A stretch of DNA of 63,153 nucleotides from positions 78,980 to 142,132 of the forward strand of contig CAZMAF010000001.1 of NCBI GenBank assembly GCA_964564225.1, written 5' to 3'. The stretch is from an uncultured Lachnospiraceae bacterium (GTDB taxonomy: Bacteria > Bacillota > Clostridia > Oscillospirales > CAG-272). The position numbers and the translations under genes are program-made. Of this stretch, positions 46,644-55,227 are shown piece after piece. Numbering within the stretch: position 1 is the first letter of the stretch; every line of letters begins with the position of its first letter. The notes under the pieces were generated by a model that was not told the origin of the DNA, did not search any database, and worked only from the letters and a program-made list of their open reading frames with translations.

Positions 46644-47789
46644 TTAAAGCAAAGAAAGATAGAGTGCCTTGATTTCCTCGACCGAAGTTTCTCTCGGGTT
46701 TCCGGGACGGCAAGCATCGTCATAAGCCGACTGTGCAAGGAAGTCAACGTCCTCAGACTTCACAATATCCTTGAGATCAGCGGGAATACCCACATCAAGC
46801 GACAACTGCTTGACAGCAGCGATCGCGGCAGCTCTCGCCTCGTCAAGTGTCATCGCATCAACGCCGGAAACACCCATTGCTTTGGCAATGTCACGGTATT
46901 TTTCACCCGTCGCAGGCGCATTATATTCCATAACGGTCGGCAAAATGATTGCATTCGCAACACCGTGAGGCGTATCGTAAAGCGCACCGAGAGGATGCGC
47001 CATCGAGTGAACGATACCGAGACCGACGTTCGAAAAGCCCATACCGGCGATGTACTGACCAAGCGCCATGCCTTCTCTGCCCTCGTCTTCACCGTTTACC
47101 GCGCCTCGCAGAGATGCAGCAATAATCTCAATTGCTTTGATATGAAACATATCACTCATCGTCCAAGCGCCCTTGGTGATATAGCCCTCAATCGCGTGCG
47201 TAAGGGCATCCATACCGGTAGCGGCGGTCAAGCCCTTAGGCATCGTCGCCATCATATCGGGATCAACAACAGCAACGACGGGAATGTCATGTACGTCAAC
47301 GCAAACCATTTTTCTGTTCTTTTCGGCATCGGTAATGACATAATTGATCGTAACCTCAGCCGCCGTACCTGCCGTGGTAGGAACGGCTATAATCGGTACG
47401 CATTTATTCTTGGTAGGCGCAACGCCCTCGAGCGAACGAACGTCAGCAAATTCGGGATTTTCGATGATAATGCCGATTGCCTTTGCGGTATCCATCGAAG
47501 AACCACCGCCAATAGCAACGATGCAATCAGCGCCCGATGCCTTAAAAGCGGCAACTCCGCTCTGTACGTTTTCGATCGTGGGATTGGGCTTGATCTCGCT
47601 GAAGATCTCATAAGCAATTGTCTCACCGTCAAGCACGTCAGTCACCTTTTTGGTAACGCCAAACTTAATGAGGTCGGGGTCGGAGCAAACAAACGCCTTT
47701 TTGAAAGCGCGCGCCTTGATCTCAGTTGCAATCTCGGCAATTGAGCCTTTGCCGTGATAGCTGGTTTCATTCAAAACAAATCTTGCCAT
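46644..47789 (-). CDS. Iron-containing alcohol dehydrogenase (lactaldehyde reductase / 1,2-propanediol oxidoreductase-like)
   Basis: 381 aa. Motifs GGGSSMDTAK, the metal-binding HSMAHPLG and the Fe-ADH family layout. Confidence 0.85.
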   Translation of the reverse strand: MARFVLNETSYHGKGSIAEIATEIKARAFKKAFVCSDPDLIKFGVTKKVTDVLDGETIAYEIFSEIKPNPTIENVQSGVAAFKASGADCIVAIGGGSSMDTAKAIGIIIENPEFADVRSLEGVAPTKNKCVPIIAVPTTAGTAAEVTINYVITDAEKNRKMVCVDVHDIPVVAVVDPDMMATMPKGLTAATGMDALTHAIEGYITKGAWTMSDMFHIKAIEIIAASLRGAVNGEDEGREGMALGQYIAGMGFSNVGLGIVHSMAHPLGALYDTPHGVANAIILPTVMEYNAPATGEKYRDIAKAMGVSGVDAMTLDEARAAAIAAVKQLSLDVGIPADLKDIVKSEDVDFLAQSAYDDACRPGNPRETSVEEIKALYLSLL

Positions 47790-47884
47790 AGGAAAAGTCC
47801 TCCTGAAAAATATAATACTGTATTATAACACAAAAAACAGGCATCGTCAACAGCCTCGACAAAAAAGACGTCCGTTTTCAACGG

Positions 47885-48700
47885 TCACCACTTGTCGCGT
47901 ACCGTCTGAAGGCGCGCGTAAAGCGCACCCGCCTGCTTCAGGCTGATGCATTTGGGCAAGTCAGGGTATTTCTTAGCAAGCGATACGCGGTCAGTCTTGA
48001 TTACTTCGATCGCAACAATCTTTTTTCCCTGCTTTTTCGCCGTAGGATATTCGGCACGCATCACGTAATTACCGTCTTCAAGAATCGACGGCGTTACAAG
48101 CAAAATAAACAGATCGCTCTCGTCAAGTGCTTTCATGATCGCGTGACTATAATTGTCTCCCGGCGCAATGATCTCATCGTACCAAAGCGTAAAAGCATCA
48201 TAATTCGGTGCTTTTTTAATGATATCCACCAACCGATGGAGCGCATCCTTCTCTCGCCGACGATAGCTGATAAAAACCGACGGTAAGCTCTCATCAACGC
48301 AACGCGGCTCAGAATTTTTGATATGTGCATACAGAGCACTGAGCGCAAAATCAAAATCATCGCTCGCATCAATATACTGCGACTTACTTAAACGCATATT
48401 GACAAGATCGACAATATGCGCCTGAAGCATTAAGGGGATCACACGGACACCCCGCGACTTTGCCATGAGATATTCCGATTCATAGCCACTGTTTTGCCAT
48501 GCAAAATATTGCTCGGTCGCAAGAACGACCAAAACGTCCACCCCGTCGGGCAGATCCTGCCTTGTGTCCTGCGGCGCATCGGTATAGGTAACAGCGCAGC
48601 CTTCAATGGAGCGCAGCATATCAAACACGCGATCAAAATACAAATATCGGTCGGCAGGATGCCCCGAAATGTGTATATGACGCTGTTGTTTCAGTTCCAT
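47885..48700 (-). CDS. Tandem TIR-domain protein
   Basis: 271 aa after a GGAGGGG RBS. The C-terminal half is a clear TIR domain: VFISYRRREKD...LWYDE...SDLFILLVTPSIL...YVMRAEY...KIVAIEV. The N-terminal half has the same strand pattern: HIHISGHPADR...VLVVLATEQYF...ESEYLMA...VIPLML. Confidence 0.7.
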   Translation of the reverse strand: MELKQQRHIHISGHPADRYLYFDRVFDMLRSIEGCAVTYTDAPQDTRQDLPDGVDVLVVLATEQYFAWQNSGYESEYLMAKSRGVRVIPLMLQAHIVDLVNMRLSKSQYIDASDDFDFALSALYAHIKNSEPRCVDESLPSVFISYRRREKDALHRLVDIIKKAPNYDAFTLWYDEIIAPGDNYSHAIMKALDESDLFILLVTPSILEDGNYVMRAEYPTAKKQGKKIVAIEVIKTDRVSLAKKYPDLPKCISLKQAGALYARLQTVRDKW

Positions 48701-49180
48701 ATTTCCCCTCCTTGTGCCGTTTATTTCATTGTATCACAAAAAATCAGCGCCGTCAACACTCCTCACCCAAAAACGCACAAAAATGTACCACAGAGAAAGG
48801 CCTTCTCCGCGCTGCATCGCTAACTATATTGCTACACAAACAAGTTTATTTTAACTCCACTTTTGCCAAGAGTCTCCGGGTTTGCTTAATGTATTCCATT
48901 AAACGCTCATCTTCTCTCACGCCGTCAAGCCACTTCCAACCGTTATCAATAGTTATAGCGTAGTACAGAAAATATCAATCGTCGCAAAAAAATAACTGTT
49001 GATATGATAGTCATATTCACCGCTCGGAAGCATCAGTCGCCACTCATTCTTTACCGCCTTATTTTGGAAAACAAACGCCAATATAAAAACGTGCTGATTC
49101 TTCAGGCGTGTTATTTGCTCAAAAAAACGGAAGTTTTTATCGCTCATACAGGCAAGTAAAAACTTCCGTCATATCATTCA

Positions 49181-50962
49181 TTATCCCTCAATCGCCTCAA
49201 ACTGCGTGAGCGCATCCTCAAAGGATGCCATGCAAGCATCGAAAGCATCGGTCTTGGTGAGGTCAACACCGGCAAGCTTGAGAAGCTCAACGGGGCTGTC
49301 CGAGCTGCCCGACGAGAGGAACTTGAAATAATCGGCAACGGCAGTCTCTCCTTCCTTTTCAATACGCCCGGCAATCGAAACCGCCGAAATTATACCCGTC
49401 GCATACTTATACACGTAAAAGCCGCGATACAGATGCGGAATACGTGCCCACTCATAAGCGATCTCGTCGTCCGAGATCACGGCATTGCCGTAATACTTCT
49501 GATTCAGCTCGTGATACGCCTTGCAGAGCGAATCCTTCGTCAGCGGAATACCCTTTTCCGCCATATCGTGTGCCATATATTCAAACTCGGCAAACTGCGT
49601 CTGACGGAACAAGGTACCCTTCAGGGTATCCATATAATAGCTCAACAGATACTTTTTCAGCTTCGGATCATTGGTTTTCTTAAGAAGGTGCTTCAAAAGC
49701 AATATCTCATTAACCGTCGAAGCAACCTCAGCAACGAATATCTTATAGCCCGCCTTTTCCTGCGGCTGATTTCTTTCAGAATAATACGAGTGCATCGCGT
49801 GACCAAGCTCGTGCGCAATGGTGAAGATATTTCCGGTCGTTTTCTGATAGTTCAGAAGCACGTAAGGATGCTTCAGCCCATAGACCGAAATCGAATATGC
49901 GCCGCTTCTCTTGCCCACCGTTTCCTCAACGTCAATCCAGCCATCGCCGTACGCTTTATCAAGTAAGCTTGCGTATTCCTCACCGAGCGGCGCAAGCCCC
50001 TCCTTCACAATCTTGAAAGCCTCATCATAATCCACCTTGATCTCGGCATTTTCAACAGGAGAGACGTATACGTCGTACATATGCAGCTTTCTCAGCCCCA
50101 TGATCTTTCGCTTGTCATCAAAATAACGGTGTAAAAGCGGCAAATTTTTATTCACGCTGTTAAGCAGGTTTTCGTACACCTTGACGTCAACATCCTCACG
50201 AGCAAGCGCTTTTGCAAGACAGGAAGGATATTTTCTCGCACGCGCAAGAAAAACATCCTTGTCAATATTACCGACAAATATCGAAGTAATGGTATTGATA
50301 AGCGAAATATACGCTTTGTAATACGCCTTGAACGCCTTTCGTCTTACGTTTCTGTCAGAATGCGACAACAGCACGCCATATGTTCCGTGCGTTACTTCGG
50401 TTTTCACTCCGTCCGCCATAATAATCGGAGCAGGAAAATCCGCATTATCGAGCATCGAGTAGGTTCTTGAAAAACCGCCGAAAATTCTTCCTTCCTGTGA
50501 CAAGAGTGCCTCACATTCCTTGGAAAGCACGTGCGGCTTTTCGGCAATAATCGAACGGATGGTATAGTCATAATCGGCAAATCGGGGATCGTTCATAAAG
50601 CCATCAAGAACTTCCTTATCAAGCAACGTAAGCTCGGGAGTCATAAACGCCGTCGAACCCGCAAGCTTCATCGAAAGCATATCCACTCTCGACTGCAAAG
50701 CGGCATATTCGCTCCTTCGCGTATCCTCGTCGTGACGCATAAACGCATATACACCGAGATGGCTCAGCGTATAGCTCACCGCATTCAGCTTTTCAAGACA
50801 TTCAAAGAGCGTATCCGCATCACCGAGCTTTCCCTCGTAAACCGAAAAATCAAGCTTTCCGGCAACGGTCGCATAATCACGCTCCCAATCTGCAAGCGTT
50901 TCGTAAATATCTTCCACACGCCATTTTAAACGGCTTTCCACTTCGTGTCTTTCTTTAGCCAT
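49181..50962 (-). CDS. pepF: Oligoendopeptidase F (M3B family)
   Basis: 593 aa with the zinc motif HELGHAMH. Confidence 0.9.
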   Translation of the reverse strand: MAKERHEVESRLKWRVEDIYETLADWERDYATVAGKLDFSVYEGKLGDADTLFECLEKLNAVSYTLSHLGVYAFMRHDEDTRRSEYAALQSRVDMLSMKLAGSTAFMTPELTLLDKEVLDGFMNDPRFADYDYTIRSIIAEKPHVLSKECEALLSQEGRIFGGFSRTYSMLDNADFPAPIIMADGVKTEVTHGTYGVLLSHSDRNVRRKAFKAYYKAYISLINTITSIFVGNIDKDVFLARARKYPSCLAKALAREDVDVKVYENLLNSVNKNLPLLHRYFDDKRKIMGLRKLHMYDVYVSPVENAEIKVDYDEAFKIVKEGLAPLGEEYASLLDKAYGDGWIDVEETVGKRSGAYSISVYGLKHPYVLLNYQKTTGNIFTIAHELGHAMHSYYSERNQPQEKAGYKIFVAEVASTVNEILLLKHLLKKTNDPKLKKYLLSYYMDTLKGTLFRQTQFAEFEYMAHDMAEKGIPLTKDSLCKAYHELNQKYYGNAVISDDEIAYEWARIPHLYRGFYVYKYATGIISAVSIAGRIEKEGETAVADYFKFLSSGSSDSPVELLKLAGVDLTKTDAFDACMASFEDALTQFEAIEG

Positions 50963-51084
50963 ACAATCACCTCGTCAAAAATTTGATACTGCTATTGTAC
51001 CACAGTTTTTCCGGCTTTACAATCCATACTCCTATAAGAAGTACAAAAAATCGGAGAGAGCTGTACTCTTTCCGATTTTTCAAA

Positions 51085-52323
51085 TTATTTTACCATAAAC
51101 GCTTCGATTTCCGAAACCTCTTTGATAATATCGGCAGAAAGATTAACAGCTCCCGTCTTCATAATAAGCAGATCGTCCTCAATACGTATACCGATGTTAT
51201 GCTCGGGAAAATACAGACCGGGCTCGTTAGTGATCACCGCACCTACGGGCAAAGGCGCGCCCTTCGGACAAGGATCGTGCGTATCAAGACCGAGAGAATG
51301 CGAAACACCGTGAAAATACACGCGCTTGATCTCCTCTTTTTCCTTGATGAGTCCTGCCGCAAGACATCCCTCGGCAAGCGTTTCAATACAAATCTTTTGC
51401 AGATCCCCCATCGTCATTCCCGCGCGAGCAGCAGATTCTACCTTCTTGTTAGCCGAAAGCACGATCTCATAAACCGTTTTCTGAAGCGGGGTAAATTTAC
51501 CGTTTACAGGAAAGGTACGCGAAATATCGGCAGAATACCCATTACTCTTAGCACCAAGATCAAAGAGAACAAGCTCGCCATCTTTCATTTCGGTATTATT
51601 ATCGGAATAATGAAGTGTCGTGGCGTTACCTCCCGATGCCGCAATAGTCGTAAAAGCCAGATCATGCTGACCTTCGCTTTTCAGTACAAAATCAAAATGC
51701 GCTTCAAGCTCATATTCCTTCATAGAAGGACGGGAATTTCGCATTAAAGCCTCGATTCCCTTCTTCGTAACCGAAAGCGCCTTTTTAATCTCGTCAACCT
51801 CACAGGGCTTTTTCGCATAACGAAGCGAAACGATCAGGGGATACGCATCGACGATTTCGCAAACTTCAGCATACGCCGCCTGCATAGAAAGACCGAACGA
51901 ATGATAGTTGGTATTCCTTTTAGTTTCAAGATCAAGATAAAGCGTAACCCCCTGAAGGAGTACCTTCATTTCAATGTCAAACTGCGAACGGTAACGGACG
52001 CACTTCATTGGAACGCCCGAAATCCGAGAGGCTTCACGGCGCGTCAGCTTATGTCCGACCCATTTGGCGTGCATTTCGTCGTATTCATCAATGTAAAGAT
52101 ATTCTGCGTTAATGCCTGCTTTTCTTGCAAGCACGAGATAAACGTTTTCCTGTGTAATACCGCTCAGATAATAACAGTTTGCATTAGCACGAAAAGGATA
52201 ATTTTCATCTGCCGACATATTCACAGGATATCCCGTCGAAAAAACAGCAACAAAATCCCCCTCTATTTTTTTAAACAGCGCACGGCGGTTTGCGCGAAAA
52301 AATGATTTTTCCATCATAAACAC
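51085..52323 (-). CDS. Xaa-Pro aminopeptidase (M24B family)
   Basis: 412 aa. Creatinase-like N-domain and M24 metal-ligand blocks DLGAKSNGYSADISRT, HGVSHSLGLDTHD and NEPGLY...IRIEDD. Confidence 0.85.
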   Translation of the reverse strand: MFMMEKSFFRANRRALFKKIEGDFVAVFSTGYPVNMSADENYPFRANANCYYLSGITQENVYLVLARKAGINAEYLYIDEYDEMHAKWVGHKLTRREASRISGVPMKCVRYRSQFDIEMKVLLQGVTLYLDLETKRNTNYHSFGLSMQAAYAEVCEIVDAYPLIVSLRYAKKPCEVDEIKKALSVTKKGIEALMRNSRPSMKEYELEAHFDFVLKSEGQHDLAFTTIAASGGNATTLHYSDNNTEMKDGELVLFDLGAKSNGYSADISRTFPVNGKFTPLQKTVYEIVLSANKKVESAARAGMTMGDLQKICIETLAEGCLAAGLIKEKEEIKRVYFHGVSHSLGLDTHDPCPKGAPLPVGAVITNEPGLYFPEHNIGIRIEDDLLIMKTGAVNLSADIIKEVSEIEAFMVK

Positions 52324-53391
52324 CTACTCTTTCATATAATTAACGTACACCTTAAACGCCGTCGGAATTGCATAGTCAGATAAGATCTGCGCTCCCGTTT
52401 GCCAAACAAAGCTATCCGCCTCGTTGACAACCTCAACAGCATATCCCTTCATCTGCCAGATAACGTGCGTAAAAACATGCTTGGCATCGGGTAACGGTTC
52501 GATCCGTAACGCTTGAATACCTTTTTTCGCAAGATAGTTCTCTACATCGCCATCCGAACCAAACCCATCGAAATTCACAAGCTCCCACATATCGGCAAGC
52601 AAGCCTTCGCTCCCACGTCTTGCGATTGCATAACGACCATTTTGAGAACGTATTAACAATACCGTTTTTTTCTCAAGTCGCTTATCCTTTTTCACAAGTC
52701 TTACCGGCAATTCAGCCGTAATACCCTGACGGTAAGCAAGGCAAAGCGCTTTCACAGGACAGCTTTCACAGCGCGGCACACCATTCGGAATACACACGCG
52801 CTCGCCAAGCTCCATAAGTCCTTCAGTCAGAAGTGCTGCTTCTTTCCCTTCGGGATAATGCGCCGCAAGCAATCGACTTACCTCGGTCTTCACACGCGGT
52901 TGCATAATATCATCATACGAAGCAAGCATCCGCGAAATCACACGAAGTACGTTACCGTCAACAGCGGGAGACGGCTTTCCATAGGCAATCGAAGCAATAG
53001 CGCCGGCGGTATACGCTCCGATACCGGGCAGCTTTTCAAGCTCCTCTGCCGAAGACGGAATTTTCCCGCCAAAATTTTCCATAATCAAAACAGCAGACTT
53101 TTTCAAATTCCTTGCACGGGAATAATAACCAAGCCCCTGCCACAACTTCATCAAACGGTCATCCTCAACCGAAGCGAGCGCCGAAACCGTCGGCAAAGCC
53201 TCTAAAAAACGTGCATAATATGATAACACCGCATCAATCCGTGTCTGTTGAAGCATAATTTCGGATATCCAGACGTGATAAGGTGTCGGCTCATTGCGCC
53301 AAGGCAGATCAATTTTATTAACCCGATACCACGAAACGATCCGCGGCAGAATATCCCCAATCAAGCCGTGATACTGTGAAAAATCCGTCAT
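52324..53391 (-). CDS. mutY: A/G-specific adenine DNA glycosylase
   Basis: 355 aa. HhH-GPD region WISEIMLQQTRIDAV, LPGIGAYTAGAIASIA, an FeS cluster loop (C-x6-C-x2-C-x5-C) and a NUDIX-like C-terminus. Confidence 0.9.
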   Translation of the reverse strand: MTDFSQYHGLIGDILPRIVSWYRVNKIDLPWRNEPTPYHVWISEIMLQQTRIDAVLSYYARFLEALPTVSALASVEDDRLMKLWQGLGYYSRARNLKKSAVLIMENFGGKIPSSAEELEKLPGIGAYTAGAIASIAYGKPSPAVDGNVLRVISRMLASYDDIMQPRVKTEVSRLLAAHYPEGKEAALLTEGLMELGERVCIPNGVPRCESCPVKALCLAYRQGITAELPVRLVKKDKRLEKKTVLLIRSQNGRYAIARRGSEGLLADMWELVNFDGFGSDGDVENYLAKKGIQALRIEPLPDAKHVFTHVIWQMKGYAVEVVNEADSFVWQTGAQILSDYAIPTAFKVYVNYMKE

Positions 53392-53750
53392 CTGACAATA
53401 TCAAGCTTTAACGCATAAACAAGGATAAGAATTAACGACAGAATAACAGCAAAACCGATTCCGACCATCACGCCCTGAAAAATACGACTCGCCTTTCTCT
53501 TTTGATTAAGTGCCGCCGTTTCTTCCTGCTTTGCCGCGTATTGCAAGTTATACTTTTGATATAGCGCAGCACTGTCCTTATAATCACCGAGCGCAAGAAG
53601 CGTATCCAGACTTTCCTCGAACAGCTCATTATTCGTAAGAGATGAGGTCAGATAGCCCAGCGCGCGTTGATAAAGCTGTTCTTTTTGCAGATCGGTCATC
53701 GCCGTATCCTTTTGATCAAACACATCTTCTGTGTACTTCATTTCTTCCAT
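53388..53750 (-). CDS. Hypothetical tail-anchored membrane protein
   Basis: 120 aa with a single C-terminal TM helix. It overlaps its neighbours at both ends, which suggests an operon with comFC and mutY. Confidence 0.5.
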   Translation of the reverse strand: MEEMKYTEDVFDQKDTAMTDLQKEQLYQRALGYLTSSLTNNELFEESLDTLLALGDYKDSAALYQKYNLQYAAKQEETAALNQKRKASRIFQGVMVGIGFAVILSLILILVYALKLDIVR

Positions 53751-54511
53751 ACCGAACTCCTTTCCGATTTCAAAACCGGATTTTTTTCTTTAGAATTTCC
53801 AAGATAAACCTTACCGAAGGTCACTACCGTTATACTTTCGGCTCCCGCCTTTTTGAGAAGACGCGCACAAGAACCAAGTGTCGCACCAGTCGTAATAACG
53901 TCGTCATAAAGGATAATATGCCGCCCTTTAATCTGTTCTTTTTTCCTTTCATAGAGACTGTACGCATTCTCTCTGTTCATCCTTCTCTCTCGAACGGTAA
54001 GATGCTTTTGTTCTTTGGCGCGGTTATGCCGAAACAGACTGGCAAAATCCGCACCGAAATAAAGAGCCAACCGCTTTGAGGTCTCTTGCCCCTGATCCAC
54101 TCCCGACTTCGCCTTCCTTTTCGGACTGCGCGGAACAAAAGTAAAAAGACAGGACTCAGGCTCAGTAATACGCGATGCAATAAGGGTAACCAACTCGTGA
54201 GAAAGCATACGATAAAGATATTCGTATCTTCCGTCCTTAGCAGCAAGCACCGCATCCCGCGCAACGCTATCCTCCTTCGTATACTCAACAAGATGCAGAG
54301 CCGCATTAACGCAAGACGACAGCGATTTTGGAAGGCAACCGCAACTCACGTGCGGACTGCCGCACTCGGGACAAAGAAAACCCTTTTCAATCTCATATTT
54401 GGAACGGCAATGCGGACAAAGCGCATCCGTCTTATTATGATCGAGAATATCCCCGCAGGATACACATTTCGGCGGGAACAATAAATTCAGTAAAAAATCA
54501 CCGATCCGCAT
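53738..54511 (-). CDS. comFC: ComF-family protein (phosphoribosyltransferase domain, ComFC)
   Basis: 257 aa. N-terminal zinc-finger CVSCG...CPHC...CPECG and the PRTase motif IILYDDVITTGATL. Confidence 0.85.
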   Translation of the reverse strand: MRIGDFLLNLLFPPKCVSCGDILDHNKTDALCPHCRSKYEIEKGFLCPECGSPHVSCGCLPKSLSSCVNAALHLVEYTKEDSVARDAVLAAKDGRYEYLYRMLSHELVTLIASRITEPESCLFTFVPRSPKRKAKSGVDQGQETSKRLALYFGADFASLFRHNRAKEQKHLTVRERRMNRENAYSLYERKKEQIKGRHIILYDDVITTGATLGSCARLLKKAGAESITVVTFGKVYLGNSKEKNPVLKSERSSVWKK

Positions 54512-54519
54512 ATAAACAC

Positions 54520-54722
54520 CTATACAGCAAAGCTTTCCAGCATAGAACGAAGACCGGTATAGCGTTTTGTCAAGCGGTTGTTTTCTACCATTGTTTGTAC
54601 AACCTGTGCTGAACCCACGAGAATGACGATCTTTTGCGCGCGCGTCACGGCGGTATAAAGAAGATTTCTCGTCAAAAGCTGAGGAGCGGTACGGTATAAC
54701 GGCATAATTACGATGGGATATT
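54520..54722 (-). CDS. recD2: RecD2-type helicase, 3' exon (C-terminal 66 codons plus part of a split Glu codon)
   Basis: It reads (E)YPIVIMPLYRTAPQLLTRNLLYTAVTRAQKIVILVG, which are SF1 helicase motifs V and VI. It continues the frame of 57921-59949 once 54723-57920 is removed. Confidence 0.85.
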
Positions 54723-54796
54723 ATACCGATAGGTAAGCTTTTGAAAGAAATTAGCCTTTTGTTCGAAATAGTTTTGCTACAAAATACTTTTTAGCA

Positions 54797-54825
54797 TTGA
54801 CTATTCTTCATTTGTGTGATATAAT
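54797..54825 (+). promoter_or_regulatory. Consensus promoter of the antisense mini-gene inside the intron 3' region
   Basis: TTGACT at 54797-54802, a 17-nt spacer, then TGaTATAAT with TATAAT at 54820-54825. Confidence 0.65.
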
Positions 54826-54856
54826 TATTAAAAAATCTAACGATTTGAGGTTTAGT

Positions 54857-55036
54857 ATGCAGAATCTTCTTAAAGGAATTTCTTTGATACTGTTTGGTAT
54901 CGCCATAATTCTTGTTGCATTGGTTAACGAAACTGCACATTACTTTTCTGTTGATTTAACCGTTGTAATAACTCTCATTGGAATAATAGTGTCTGCTGTC
55001 GGGTTGACATTCACATTTAGTTCTAAGAGCAAATAA
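54857..55036 (+). CDS. 59-aa two-TM hydrophobic peptide (type I toxin- or holin-like), antisense to the intron
   Basis: MQNLLKGISLILFGIAIILVALVNETAHYFSVDLTVVITLIGIIVSAVGLTFTFSSKSK. GAGG RBS 7 nt upstream, its own promoter and its own terminator. Confidence 0.55.
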   Translation: MQNLLKGISLILFGIAIILVALVNETAHYFSVDLTVVITLIGIIVSAVGLTFTFSSKSK

Positions 55037-55045
55037 TATTCACAC

Positions 55046-55079
55046 AATACTTCTCTCATCAAGGGAAGTATTTCTTTTT
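55046..55079 (+). terminator. Terminator of the mini-gene
   Basis: AATACTTC-(11 nt)-GAAGTATT followed by TCTTTTT. Confidence 0.6.
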
Positions 55080-55227
55080 AGGCAACTTTTTCCTCCAGCT
55101 TTTCCCCCGGTCCACACCGTGCGTGCGACTTTCACCGCACACGGCGTTCCATCGTTTCACTTAATATCACTTTAACATCACAATTTTACAATTATTTCAG
55201 CCTTCATTCGCCTTGGAATACGCTTCC

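Noticed and set aside
47885-48700. Calling the TIR gene a Thoeris system
   Set aside because: Thoeris requires a ThsA-type effector (SIR2 or Macro plus SLOG) next to ThsB, and none is present within several kb. It is therefore reported only as an orphan TIR protein.
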